Counted from the stretch's first letter, positions 23,765 to 38,506 are shown. The stretch: DNA of 64,000 bases from Setoptus koraiensis (GCA_048013815.1 CM106586.1:6262001-6326000), one strand, 5' to 3'. Translations and numbers: made by a program. The notes: a model not told the origin generated them from the sequence alone.

Positions 23765-26700
23765 ACCTGTGTGTGCTCTATCGTGGACGGTACATGTATG
23801 TATTCTTTGTATACACACACACACCTTGTGAGATAAACCTTTGAGAACACACTTGTAGAAGGAAACGGCACGCTGTTGGGCATGCAATAAGTGTATCTGT
23901 CGGCCAGTTTTAAATGATCATGGCAACACAAAAGCAGAGATATAAAGCGAAAATATAAAGCAGCTCAAGCATGCTAATTGAAGACACACTCACTGACGCC
24001 TCCTAGCGGGTCCACCTAGCCAGCGAATTAATCCCGCCCCCCCGACGGCACACACACACACACTCAAGTTGGGCACAGGTGAGCACAGGTGAGTAACGGT
24101 ACTCATAGCATCACAGGCGATATGGCAAGACCGTTTTCGGTCGAACCCAAGTGCCACCAGATGCAAAATGCGCCCGATTTGGCGCATGTTAACATGTTAA
24201 CATGCAGTGTAAGTGCGCACAAAATTCATATCAATTTTGTGATGTAATGCCGCCGATTACATCATAACATAATCAAGTCAACATACATATTACATTATAG
24301 CTCATATTGTGGCCTTACATTTATTATACGGCCAAGTAAGATATACGGCACATATAATATACGACTTGAGCGCATCATGGCAAGAATAAATAAAGTTATT
24401 TTGTCTAGCTGCTGATGCCGTTATGTGGCTGCTGATGCCGTTATGTGGCATGCAACGCATTATCCGGCAAACGGTGTTTGTGTTGCGCAACAATGCAACG
24501 GCCAATATTGTTTGTAGCGGGTTGTTTGTGTTTGCTCAAACTCACTCTCGTTTCTTGTTGCGGCATCATCATGTCATATGTTATTATTCTTTGTGAATGA
24601 TTCTTTATGTATTCTTTATGCATTCTTTATGAGTGTGTGTAACGATGTGGCACCAGTCACGACTGGCCGGCCGAATTTAGTAAGGCACGATCACCGGGAT
24701 TCAAATCGAGATTTAGTTTGCAATTAGAGCGATTGAGCGAGATTCAACGCAGTTTCAACATCGTCAAACAGATGACGACCAAGACGACGAGATGAGATCA
24801 TGCAGCAACGAAGAAGGAGAAAAGAATAATCAAACAAGATTAATAGATTTGCTGCTTGTATCCCCTGTCTGGCCATTACTGCTGCCTATTGCTTGCCAGT
24901 GAGACCCAATATTGCCAATTAAATCATCGAGCGCTGATTGTGAGCACCAGCACACAATCAGCGCTGCATTGTATTGTATTTTGGGAAAGTTTATGTGTGC
25001 TTCAAATGCTCAACTCGTTGGGCAAGACAAACAACATTAACGGTTGTATCACCTTGACAACTGTTGCTGGTTGTTATTGTGTATTATGATATAAAGCGTT
25101 CTTTTCTTTCAAATGTTTGTAAATTTCTTGAATGGCCAATTTGGCTGCTCGACGACGCCAAAACGACGGCAGTCAACAGCAGCGACCAGCAGCCACTATC
25201 GGCCACTAGCGACAGCACGACAACAATAACGGCAACAGTAATGATAATCACGTATCAGATTCAATTGAGTCGCTCGTTGTCTGTGCGGCATCATCCCGAT
25301 CGAGAGCAGCTTGTTCAATGTTCAATTATAACGGACGGACGGACGGATAGACAAAATGCACAAAAACAACACTGCATAAACACAACAAGTGGTCAGTTGT
25401 CTTGTCAATTGATTAGCGAGCCAACTGGCCAGCATTGGATCAGGAAATGCTCAAAAGCCGCACAGACAACACAAAAGAACGTCCAGCAAGACCGATCCGT
25501 CCGGATAATACATGTATCGGGATACATGTCAGCGTGTATTGGGCGCCCATTCGCCTATTGCACTGTTGCACTCCGTGCCAACGGTACGCCGATGACCGTT
25601 GTCTTATGTAACGTTACGTTACGTTACGTTACGTTGAGTTACGTAAGACACTTATGGTAAGTGGTGGAGTTATCGTTGTTGTTGCTGCCGCTGTTGTTGT
25701 TGTGCCAACCGCTTGCATTGTCCGTGGGCATGGGATGGTCAGCGAGCATGTTTATTAGATGATGCATGAATAGTTTTTTTCTCAATGAATAAATCAGAGA
25801 AAGTTGTTGCCGTGTCTCTAGTTCCATAGCACAGTAGTTTACACTATACTGTTACCCATATACCTTGTACATAGTCTATAGAATGTGAGCAGTAAACAAC
25901 ACGGCAGAGTAGTGTCATGGCGGTTGTTGTTGTTGTTGTTGTTGTGGTAATAACCAATAAGCACAATTGATAATTAATCATTAATATTCGTTTGGGATCA
26001 AAGGTTTTCTCGCACATCGCACATCGTTCGAGCTAGTCTTGTATTGATGTCGCTGTCGTTGTCGTGAAGCGAACAGGGCAAGTTAGTTAGCGGAGTACAA
26101 AAAGTTGTAAATATGTAACGGGCCAATTGAACAATGGGGACACTATAGACTCTTTAGCATGGACTCTTTAGCATGGACTCTCTATCAGAGACTCTCTGTT
26201 ATAGACTCTTTATTATGGACTCTATGCCGTGCACTCTATCACAAAGACCGGCTGTCTTCTTTTTGTGCCATTCTCCCAGATTATTCTGCCATCTTGGCCT
26301 TTGACTGGACTGTTTTTGTTTTTATTAGTGGTCACTGGTGGCGTTGCAGTGGCAGTTGTTGTTGCAAACGGGCATAAGTTGTCGGTTAAGTTGGCGTAAG
26401 AGTGAACATGAGCTGTCGTTGTTGTTGTTGTTGTTCACATTTAAATCCCTGCAAACAGAGAAAGAGAGACACTCCAACTGAACCGAACTGAACCAAACTG
26501 AACTGAAATCACGTGATTGCATTACTGAACAAAATAAAATGAAACGAATTGAATTGAAATAAAATAAAATAAAACGAAACGAAATGGACTGAGATGTAAA
26601 ATATCCAATGTAATAAATGAAGGAGGTCGGCCTAGACTCATTAGCATCACAATGGGCATCGCACTGCGGTTGACTTTCCTGTGACAGCTCTCTGCGGCCA

Positions 26701-29448
26701 TTGACCACAAAAGGTGACAAATTTGTCTGTGTCTAGGCCAGCGAGTTGCAGCTGACCGCCAACAACTGCACAATCAACTATATAAACCATCGACAGTGGA
26801 CACTTTTAATGGAATCACAATGGACCCGAACAACACTGATACAAACCGATTCCTACTTACATTGTCAACAGCGATGATTTTTGCTTATTAGTTTTGATTA
26901 ATAATTAACCATTGATTAATAACAACGAACCGAACTGAATCAATTGATTGCAATGTGGTCACATTGGTAATTAGCGCGCTGCATCGTGCCCGTTGGCAGC
27001 TGTAATGCCACCCAGTGCCGTTACATCGTGATCTGTAACACTGGCCAGTGGTTTGAAATTGTGTTGCTTTGTTGAAATTATTGTAATTATGTTATGCTAA
27101 TTAGCAGATGCCCGCTTTGGCGCGCAACAAATTACACACATTGTACTGACATTGTACGCACAACTGACAAGCAAACTTTGTGAATCATTTATTGGACAAC
27201 GGTCATAAATTGTTGTTAGTCATGAATTGTTAGTCAGGTACTAGCTTGTTAGAAGCACAGAAAAACATCTGTGCGTCCGTATTTGTCCCCCATCGATAGC
27301 AAATTGATTAGTCTAGTCGACTGGTCGATAAGACAGTGATGAATGTCTAGAGACAGCAGGCAATTTGCATTTTAAAATGTATCGACTCAGCCCTGATCAC
27401 CGGTCGCCCATCGCCAATCGTCCGTCACCCATCACTAATCACTATGTTTGTGTGTGTGTGTGTAGGTGAGGGTGGTAGGCAGATGAAATATTCGTCACAA
27501 TTTTCCAAGTAATTCTATTCATTGCTTACCTGTAGTTACACCCTCCACCGCTGGCCCAGTTATGACATATTAAATCAAGCGGCAGCTGATAATATATATT
27601 CAAAATGGCCAGTGTTTGCTCACCCTGTTATGATAACAAATGTGCACCGGACATCTGTCCGTGCACATTTGTTATGTATTTTATCACTGATAACTGGTAG
27701 TAAATCGTCTGACTCAATGGTACTGTATAAATTGATATGAGCTGATTGTCAACTGCCACTCTCAACGATTTCAGTTTACCAATGAAAAGTCGCAAACTCG
27801 CGTCATGTCACGTAAACCAACAGGCCGTTGTAAGCCGTTACATTTGTAGCTTGGGCCGTTCTACTCACTTGCATCGCTTTATTTGTATCATTTTGGGGGC
27901 TTGCCTTGCAACGCGAGCATATTAGTCTCATTAGGCATCGCAAAATTTTATCCTTGTCAACTGCGACAGTAGTAGCTATTTATAAACGGCCATGAGTGTC
28001 TTCTCAATGGTAATGAGTGACATCTTGTTCAGTTAATCCATCTCACTCAGTGGCTTTATCGCAAGGTGACTCGCATCTAATGATCTCACAGCACGGCAAC
28101 AAATGGCCTCGTCTCTCTGAGATGGCGTTTCTATGGTAATTGCATTTCCACAATGTCAAGTGAAGTTACAACTGAATCGTTCGTTTTGTCGAGTCACTTC
28201 GATTTCGCTTTGCAACCAATTCGTTGCGAATAGTGTCGCCGAAACGATGATTGTGCCACAGCCAATATTCACCACTACCATAGGGGAGCTCGGGTGTCAT
28301 TGGCGAACTGACCATAGACTTTTTGGTGGTCGACTAAACAAAAAGTTACTGCCAATTGGTTGGTTGGTTTAACCTAGCTTAACTGCAACGAGACTCGGAA
28401 AAAAATTCAGAGTTTGAAATTGGCGCCTTGACTCGAGCCGTTGTGGCGCCAGAAATAATAAACAGGTACAAATGAGTAATGAGATCAACCGACAGAATGA
28501 TGAAATTCCGGCTGAATCGAACTAAATGTAATTAATAACATGCAACCCGGCAAAACTGCGCACACCGGCCTACGATCACTGCACAGTCGGTTGTTCTGTG
28601 CGCTGAGGCGCGACAATGCAACCAGCTATGCTATAGACTGGACTAGTGACCGTTGCGCAAATTCGAGTCACGCAAACAAATGTCAACAGCATTTTCAGTT
28701 TGCAGTGCATTAGTAGCGTCCACAGTGTAGCACAACTGCTGGTACTACTGTAACAACTGTCCTGTCCACTAGAGCGCATCAGACGGCATTTGTTCGTTAC
28801 ATTTGATCGGTTCGCGCTGGTCTGTGCAACAACTGTTCTACTAGAGCACTCACTGTGCAACGTTCATATGGATACCATCGGAAAATACAGCAAATGCCAT
28901 ACACGCACATATTCATGAATTCTGGCTGCGCTACAAACGCAAACAATCATTAACGGCCATCTCGATATTCACGATCAACAACAACTGTTGCTGTATTTCT
29001 CACAAACGAAATCATCACTAATGATGCTGCCCGCTCCATCACATTTACATATTGGTTATTATAAACAATTGAAGGCAACAAAACATTGAAAACATTGTAA
29101 AATGATTAGTTATCGGCTGCAACATTACTCAACAACACTCATCGAGATAACCTGTCTCAGGATAAGCACAAATTTTGGTCCAATTGCAAGCAGGCAACAC
29201 TTGAAATAATAACCCCCATGCGATATCATAATACATATCAAACTGTATTATCAACGATAGATAATTATTATTTTTGAGCGCACAATATCATGAACGTTGA
29301 TATCAGCTTGATACCACTCACTTAATACAAGCTTTGGCCAGCCAAATGTCCCACTAGCCGAGAGAGATACCACACACACTGCCTACTTAAAATTTGTCAA
29401 TCCGATTTTGTCTACTCTTGATAGCTTAAGCTTACATTGCCAACAATT

Positions 29449-32400
29449 ATGGCCCATCCGACCACATTTCAAATAACCACGCGCGAGTTCATAGAGAAAA
29501 CGCGTGAAGATATTAATGGAAATTCGCCCACAGCCATGTCGTTCTTCAACAAGAGACTACCTCATTTCAAAAACACGATCAATAGTCTCGATACTTCTAT
29601 CGAATTAGATAGAGATAACCTGGTAAAAATGAAGAAAGCTCTTAAAGCAATGTCGAATAACGTTAACGCGCACCTAGAAAACGATACTAACCTTTGTAAG
29701 GTTTTAGAAAAACTGGGGGCTAGCTCCATATCAGGAGAAGAAGAACTAGAAATAGGCCAAGCATTCGTTAAATTTGCTGCGATGAAATCCGAGTTATCCT
29801 CTAATGTCAAAACTCTCATGCAAAACTTGAGTAACCAAGTAATGTTTCCTCTGGAAAGCATGCTGAAAAGTGATCTCAAATCTATCAATGGTGATTTCAA
29901 GAGACCCGTTGATAGGGCATTGAGTGATTATGAATCCAGGCTTGCAAAATTAGAGAAAGATAAGAGGAAGAAAACACATCATCTCGATAAGATCAAAGAC
30001 AGCCATAATATATCGACCAACAGTCATCAGTTTCGGGTCAATCAGACAAGTGGCTCATATCAACCAGAGCAACCATCTTCCATAGAGTTACTATTCTCAG
30101 ATAGCATTGATTCATCCCTTAGTACAATAGCCGATAAAGAGAAACGAATCTTCCAACTTCACTTGTGCGACTATCTGATCAGAGTCAACGAGATGAAAAC
30201 CCATAAAGGTGTTGATCTTTTACAACATCTTGTGGAACACTTCAATGCCCAAGCTACTTTCTTTCGAGAGGGTTTAAAAACAATCGAACATTATAGCACC
30301 TATATTAGCGAACTCAGTCAACGCCTCGGAGAGCTTAAAATTGAACAAGATGAAGAACGGAAGTGTCTAATAGAATTACGTAACAACCTTAAGGCTTCGA
30401 CTCCTTACTTGGATATCAATCCGGGAAATAAAGACAGAGTTGACTCTAACTTCACATCCGATGCGGCTCATGATAATTCATACCATCCCATCTCTTCTGA
30501 GCGTCGAGATTCTACAATTCATGGTTACAGTCTTCACCAGCTGCAAGGAAATCTAAGCTATGGATTCAGTAAGTCTGGATATCTGCTCAAAAAATCCGAG
30601 GGAAAAATGCGAGTCAAAGCATGGCATAGGCGCAGATGTGATATAACCGATGGATTTTTATATATATACCACTCAGACGAAGCTAAAACACCTACAAAAC
30701 TAAATCTTTTGACATGTCAAGTGAAACCAGGTGCTGACGAAGAAAGAAAATGTTTTGATCTCGTATCGTACAATCGTACGTATCACTTCCAAGTAGAAGA
30801 TGATTCCGATCTGACTCCATGGGTGTCAGTATTGATTAATTGTAAAGAGGGAGCTCTCAAAAAAGAATTTGATAATAGTCAATTGCAAGGTATTGATCAA
30901 GTAGATTTCTCACCTGGTGGTAGTCAAAGAATCAGAGAGGTAGGTAGTAGGAAGCAGAACATCGTCCATATTCAACGAAGTTTGATCTTTCAAGTTCGCT
31001 CACTTCCCGGCAACAATCGCTGTGTTGATTGCTCGACTACATCAAATGAGCCGACTTGGTTATCTACTAATCTCGGAGTGCTTACCTGCATCGAGTGTTC
31101 TGGCATCCATCGCGATCTTGGTGTTCAAATATCGAGGATACAATCACTGACTTTGGACAACATTGGAACTTCACAACTTTTGATCGCTCACAATATGGGA
31201 AATGACGTCTTCAACGAAGTATTTGAAGCTCAACTCAATGATCCAACGAGGGCCAGCTTAAATGACGTCCAGAAACCTAAACCAGATAGCTCTATGGAGC
31301 AAAGGTGTGAATTTATCAGAGCAAAATACATGCACCGCAAGTTTTGTACCAAGGTTCATGACGATGAAACATCTCAGGTAGTAAGGCTGAGAAAAGCCAT
31401 ATTGAATAACGATCTGAAGCATCTACTTCAAATATTTGGCGAAGGTTTTGATTTGTCTAGTAAACTCACAATCAGTCGCAGCGAGAGCCCAAGTGCAATC
31501 CAACATCTAGAATCAGACGCAACTGATGATTTGCACGAGACAAGTCTTCACCTTGTCATTCACAATCAAGCTAATCAAGTATCTGAGAATGTAACCCCCA
31601 AAAGTGCCTTACACATTTTAGACTTCATCATACAAAATAGTCGGACATTGAACAGACAGAATGTCTTGGGAGAGACTGCTCTTCACTATTGTATTAAGTA
31701 CAATCAACCCGAGAGCATGAAATTACTTCTTAGGACTGGAGCTGATCTCAATATAAAGGATTCTTCTGGATTTACACCATTAGAAATGGCCCGTATGTCT
31801 TCTTTGGATTACTTTGTTGAGCTACTGGAACAAGCAATTCAAAACAAAAAATCAATGTTCGACAACGTTTACTCGGATTGGGGTGTTTCCTTTTCCATCA
31901 GCACCGAGTCTAGTTGTGAAGATTTGAGTGATGAGCAAATCGCTATGAAGGAAAAAAATCGAACGAGCAAGTTTCCTCAATATGTCAGAACGAACAGATC
32001 TCCCAGGAACATGATTCATGATTTTAATGTATCCGTTTCAACTCTAGCCGACTCTAGTTACGATTATGGATCTAGTGACGAGGAGAATGACGAGGTAATA
32101 TGTATCTCATCAAGCAGATCAAAAGTAAGTATGTACAGTGTTTTAATATCGCAAATAGTAAACCTACTATTCTACAAATCTAACATTTGTATTCTCATCT
32201 TCCTTCCTTATTCTTCAAATTATAGCGAACCAATTCCCGAAGCAGTTCCATGGACGAAAACGACAATTCCCCTTCATTCACACTTCCGTGCCCCAACGAA
32301 ACTGAGTTTCCCGGCCACAATACTCCAAAGAATAACAATCTACAAATTAGAAAAATCAAGCAGAAAGCTTTTTCTGAAAGAAAACATCGAGATGTTGGAT

Positions 32401-32774
32401 TCAAAACTCCGTTAGAGGTCAAATTCTCTAACGCTGTGACTGAAACTGAATTGAACTCATCATATACCCTGAACCGACATTTCGGCAGCAACCACTATGA
32501 TGAAAATGGATTAAATCCTTGTGACAGATCTATGACCTTAGATAGATGTACTAGCATCTCTAGCATACAACACTCATGGTCCCAGAGTTTGGCCAAGAGT
32601 AAACAGCTCTCCTCTATTTTTGGATCTTCACCTAGAAATCACAAATTTACCTCATCTTTTAGAAATTCTAGAACACCTACGTCTTATCTACGCAGAGCGG
32701 TTAGCAGGACAGTTAACAAGGAGCGTATGCAAAAAGTTAAGCAACTGTTACGAGTTGACAGTAGTAAACAGTGA
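29449..32774 (+). CDS. Asap: ASAP-family ArfGAP (BAR-PH-ArfGAP-ankyrin); exons 29449-32124 and 32226-32774, ~1074 aa
   Basis: ASAP-type N-terminus (QITTREFIEKTREDINGNSPT), BAR, PH (KSGYLLKKSEGKMRVKAWHRRRC), ArfGAP zinc finger (CVDC..WLSTNLGVLTCIECSGIHR), ankyrin repeats (ETALHYC). 101-bp phase-0 intron AAA|gtaagt..tatag|CGA links into ORF 32250..32774. Confidence 0.93.
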
Positions 32775-33278
32775 TTACACCTAATTGTCATGTCCTCTTG
32801 ATCGCACTCACGAACAGATACCTCCGAGTAAAATTTCCTAAATTAGTCTAGTCTAATCCTTGGTTATAGATTATCATAAATATCACTTTTTTAACTATTA
32901 AGTTTGCGTACTACTGGATTAGAATAACTTTAATCAGGGATTCATGACATATTTTTTAGCGCCTGGTTTTTCAAAAGAGCGCCAACAAGTTTAGTGTTGC
33001 TAGGTGATTGATCCAATTTTACATCTTAAGCATAAGGAGTAGGTGGAGAATATTGTAACACTTGTCTGATTTCATTTGTATTGTATGTATTGAATGCACA
33101 TCAACAATCTAGCTCCTGTGTACCTGAATAAATGCGCCTACTATAATTTTATCGAGGACTCACTCCCATTTATTGGCCTGATACTTTATTTTGGACCGAT
33201 CGAACTCAAGCTTGCTGTCGTGAAACTTCGAAAGTGAATGAAAACATTCTTTTTTGATAGATATCCTAGCACATGAAT

Positions 33279-34130
33279 TTAATGATATCTTTTTCTTCTA
33301 CTTATAGCAAAGGGCGGATAAGGTTTGTCAGGCGTTACGGCTCCAATGGATGCGATGTTGCCCTTGTAACTGCCTGTGCTTAAGTTGTCAAATGCAAATG
33401 GCAGATAGGCCCGATTGTCAACAAAACTTTGTGAATCTTTGTGTGCGAAAATTGAATTTGTTGAATCATGAGATGAGCCGCGATCAGACGTATATTTATC
33501 GTAACAGTTGAAAGGAGTATCGCCAGGTGAATTGGATCGAAGAGATGATGAGATACTGGAGGGGCCGAATTGCAAATTAAATAATGAGCCATCTGTAGTA
33601 GAGTCTGTGGATGACATGGTATTACCCCTTGATACTCTCTCTAGACAGTCAAGCTCATATTGTAAGACATTATCAGTATCTTTCACAAGCTGCATCTTGT
33701 CGCGATTTGTTGTCGACGGCATAAATTGTTTAGCGCACCTAGTTCGCAACCTGTCAAGTTGGTCGATCTCCTTCTCTATTTCGTTGTCGGCATTATTGTT
33801 GCGCGAAAAGTTGTTACTTGTATATTTACTAGTTTTCTTTAGAATTGATTGCTTTGGAAATTTGCAACCGCCTTCTATTGATGCTGGTAACTCTGAACTG
33901 TCTGGCGAATGGATTACAATTTTTGGTTTAGTTGTTGTCAACTGTTGACGACTGGCTGTCGATGATTCGATCAAACAACTATAGGTACGGGTGCTGTTGT
34001 TTGTTGACGAGCGTTTCATCAACTCTTTATAATGACTGAAATCACTGTTCAAATTGTCCACACAAGTGTCTATGCTGTCCCGCTTGGACTGACCATTTAG
34101 TAAATTTATTTTGTAAGGTTTAGGAGACAT
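33279..34130 (-). CDS. Unknown S/T/N-rich ORF, 283 aa, possibly the terminal exon of a larger gene
   Basis: Long non-repetitive ORF in microsatellite-free sequence, convergent with Asap. An AG acceptor lies ~30 nt upstream of the ATG. No domain recognised. Confidence 0.55.
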   Translation of the reverse strand: MSPKPYKINLLNGQSKRDSIDTCVDNLNSDFSHYKELMKRSSTNNSTRTYSCLIESSTASRQQLTTTKPKIVIHSPDSSELPASIEGGCKFPKQSILKKTSKYTSNNFSRNNNADNEIEKEIDQLDRLRTRCAKQFMPSTTNRDKMQLVKDTDNVLQYELDCLERVSRGNTMSSTDSTTDGSLFNLQFGPSSISSSLRSNSPGDTPFNCYDKYTSDRGSSHDSTNSIFAHKDSQSFVDNRAYLPFAFDNLSTGSYKGNIASIGAVTPDKPYPPFAISRRKRYH

Positions 34131-37100
34131 AGCGACAGATAAAAGTAGATTGTAATGCGTCTATCTGTGTTGTTGCTCATTGCGTATATGTAACGACGTT
34201 TGCAATTACCCAGAGTCAACCAGTCAGCTAGCCGGGCCATGCCAGTGATCGGAATGTTATGACAAACAAAAGATAATTTGAAACGGCGAGACGCATCACA
34301 AGGACGTGACAACGTTTAAGTGTGTAAACAATGGCTACAAATGTGGATATGCCAGAAGAGAAGAGCTTATGTGAAACGTCAAATGTTGTGTCAAGTGTTG
34401 CGCGTATATGTTCTTCGGTGACCCTGAATATTTCATCATTTGGCATGAAATCAAATGATGAAATATTCGCTGATGAGCTCTGTGAGTATGTTACGATCTG
34501 CGAGAGACGATTTGCATTTGAATTTGTGTTGTAAACATGAGGGATTGTGTTGTAGACGAAAGTGATTATTGCTGCCGACTTGACACAACATGCCAGAGAA
34601 CAAAGGCTTGTCGGCAACAACAATTATGCGAGCTTTGTTTATTATTCGTTTGCATGCCAAATGTTGATTGTACGCATACCGTTATTACAATATGAACCGT
34701 TAATGAAGTTACTCGAGCAATAGAGGGCGCAACGCAAAGTGTTTGCCAGCATTGGGCAAGACTGTTGCTGTTGGTAAGCGGATTATGCGAGTGTAATAAT
34801 GATCGGTAGTGGCGAGTGATGAGTGGGTCAACAAGGCCATGATTGATCAACTGATGGGCTGAATGGTATCACTGTTGCACAACTATCGCAAACAAGCGAC
34901 GAGCAAATAAACAAATCAATGAGTAGCCTCTATATCACACAGACTACTGATGTGAACAACAGCTTGTGAGTTAAATAAGCGGAGATAAAACAAAAACTTT
35001 GGCAGCTTTTTTTGTTGCTCGCATAACTGGCATGATTGATGTTGGATCTGTTGTTGTTCATCATGGTGTGCTTGTGTGATGCTTGGGCCGGCCTAATTGA
35101 TTTTGTTGCACTCGATTTGAGTTGTGCACCATATTAGCGATATGGTGAAAAGACTGGACAACCTGTGACCATGGCTCATGCGAGCTGTACGAGACAATGT
35201 TGCAGCTCGAGTAATTGAGTACTCGTGAGTCGCTGTTGCTGTCGGCGCAAGTTGCAAAACACGCCGCTTTGGGGCAACATAATGAGTATATTATTGTGTC
35301 AGAGTGGCCCCAACGATGATAGTTGATACTCGCAAGAATCGTGCCAGTGAGACAGTCAATTGTTGAAGATGCAAATATTTTGTGCGCACATTGATACAGT
35401 TTGTTTGCATGTGGGGCTGCCGTTAAAAAACATTGAGACTTGCCGAGATGTTGGCGAACAGATGGCACACAATGGCCCATGCCGAGACGCTGTCAGTGTG
35501 CTGGCCAATGGGCAGCGCCAAAACTAAACTTGTTTCATATATTCGTTTATCGTTTATATTGCGTAATGGCGATTTTTGTGCAAAATTAATCTCTGCACTG
35601 GCCAATGTGGATGTCGATGGTGTGTGCCCCGGACTCAGGCCGCCGACTCAGCGTCGCTGTGCAGCGCTCAATTGGCTTGCATTGGTCTTGGTATGTAACC
35701 ATAATTGACCATTAGCACTTATGCAATCAACAACATCAATCAATGGCACACAAAAACAAGCCAACGACAACGGCAACAGCAACAGCAACAGCAACCACGG
35801 CAACCACAGCGACAAGGGAGGCGAGAAATGGCAACCTTATTGATGGGCATTATGACTGGCTTCATCACACAAGATGCTGCTCCTAAAGCAGTGTGCGCAT
35901 CAAGTTACTGTTGGCAGCATCAATGGCAGCATCCGCCCACGCACGTGATAACGCTCGCTAGGTATGGACGCAATGGCGAGACGCAACAACAAATTGTTGT
36001 TAGTTGTTGGTGGCTTTTTGCTCCACTGCACACTGTTATTAGAGCAGATGGGTATATAACAAGTTTGTTTGTTGTTGTTGTGTCTAGTTATCTGCGATAA
36101 TCTAACAATGTTCAATGAGTTCAGCCAGCCCAGCAATATAACAATGATAATAACAACTGTCTAGCGCTGTCAGTGTTTACCTGTGTCTGGCGTTCACTTG
36201 TTGACACCCAATTATAATTATTGCATTCATCATATATAATACGTAATAATACATGCATTAATGCCAATGACAATGGCCAGTGCTTTGCTTTGCTTTGTTT
36301 TTTATTTTGTGTCTTTTTTATTGCCTGTGCCGTGCCAACGTAACAGCGGGTTGCAACCTCATTGCGACCTCATTGCGCACCAGTGATTTACTCGCGCTAA
36401 TGATGTAACCATGTCTGTGTTGCATCATACTAATAGGTCACTAATATTATTTTATACTGACTGTAGGCACTAATCGACTTGATACGATGCACAAAGTGAT
36501 GTGATTGCGCAGCGCATTTCCGTTGGCGCAACAGCAACAACTACATTTGTACACTGTACACTGTAGCATGTAACGGTGTAACGGTAACTGCTGCCGAATG
36601 GCGCCAACTGTGCTCGATGTTGTGCACAACTTTTGCCTATATTTACAACATTGTATCATACGTTGTGCAAGATTGTGTGCAATCTTGCCAATAAATGGCA
36701 CAGTTTTGGCCGTGCCAGAGTGTGGCCAGCAGACTGTGACATGGCCAACAACGATAGCCACAGATAGATGGAAACAATTGATAGACAGTAACAATTAGAG
36801 CACGCGTGGGCCAGGTCAAGATAGTTTCAGTTTATTTCATTGTATGGTAACGTTATTACGTAACTGTTTTCGATGTGGGTGGCTCAATTACGACTAACTG
36901 TCTCAGGCACGTAGCTAGTTAGCGCTGGCAAGTGTTGGCCACACTGTGATAGCGAGCGGCGCTTTTAATGATTGTTGGTCACGATTGGTTCTAATATGAG
37001 GTCATTTTCAGTTTTATTGCATAATTAACTGTGGCTCGTACATCTATCTCATATCTCTAATGTATTAGTATCTCTGTGCACTATAACTATAAATACAAAC

Positions 37101-38426
37101 ATTCAAGTAAACGGCATGTGTGAGCCAACTACACGCACTACAACGCTGACATAATCGAGTGCACGTAACAATCTGGCACGCAATTTGCAACAAGTGTCAG
37201 CGCGCATTTGTCGATACTTGTGCCGATGTTTGTGCCGATATCTGTCGGTTGTTGGTGACTCTGACAACAGGTGAGCGCTGTAAAAAAGTAACCAGCACAA
37301 CGCACGAATGGCGCCGATAAGCAACAAATGATTTAACTAATCGGTATTGTGGCGACCGTCGGCCCACCGATGATGCTCGTTGGCCGGCAAGCTGAACAAT
37401 TTGCCTTGTTAGATGGCAGCACATTTGGCACTTGTTGTGCTGCCATTTATCACTTGTCGGCGCAATTAATTTGTTGTCGATGGTCGCTAACGATTGGTGC
37501 AACGAGCATCGTTAGCTCGCCGTTGTCAGTGTGTCAGTTTGAGACACAGTGAGCGCTAACGATTAATCGATCACTTGTTAAGCTCGTCGTCACTAACAAA
37601 TGTGATCGGCAGCGCTACTGGTGGCCGCACTCGAGTGGCCAGTGTTTACCGCACACACACTCGCACTGTGTGAGTCGCTGGCCCAGGTGAGTGGACAAAT
37701 TGAACAAGCGCCAGAATGGGCAAAAGTAACCAATAGCAACCGGCTACCTATGCGCGCCCACGCACTAATTGACAGCTAAGCAATGATCCAATTTTTGGGA
37801 TAAAGCCGATAGCGATGAACGCCAACGAGACTCGCCTCTATACTGCGCACTCGATGCTACACACACACGACACACACTACACACGACACACTGCGCACTA
37901 CACACTACACACGACACACTGCGCACTACACACTACACACGACACAAGGCAGGTTGCCGGACTGGCTAACTAATCTTATCACTTCACTTAACTTGGCGGC
38001 ATTGCATCACATTGGCCGGCATCGCGTCGGCATGGCAGTGGCAGTGACTTGAGAGTTGAGCTCGCTTCATTTGATTGCAATTTATTATTCACATTCATTT
38101 TTTGTTGTTCGTTTCGCATTATCGCGCATTATTCACATTGCGCATTGGCCATATGGATAAGTTATGGCCGACAACAACACCAACGACAGCAACAACGACA
38201 CCAACAACGACACCAACAACAGCAACAACATCGCCAACAACAGCAACATCAACAACATGTGTGTGTTACGTAATGACTGCTACCACTGCCGGCGTTCAAG
38301 TTAATCACTATTCAATCACTGACAGATGGACGGACGGACCGGCGAACAGACACACACAGTTTGTTGCGTAATGATCGAGAATGATCAAATGGAACAAAGA
38401 GCTGCAGGGCTGACTAACTGCAAGCT

Positions 38427-38498
<72 letters not shown>
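38427..38498. repeat. 9-bp minisatellite (gttgttgcc) x8
   Basis: Perfect tandem copies. Confidence 0.9.

Positions 38499-38506
<8 letters not shown>

Noticed and set aside
24679-24700. TAAGGCACG resembles the miR-124 5' end
   Set aside because: Only 9 nt match and there is no hairpin partner.
25064-25660. 198-aa + strand ORF
   Set aside because: Non-ATG start, runs through microsatellites and has no recognisable domain; cannot be supported as a CDS.
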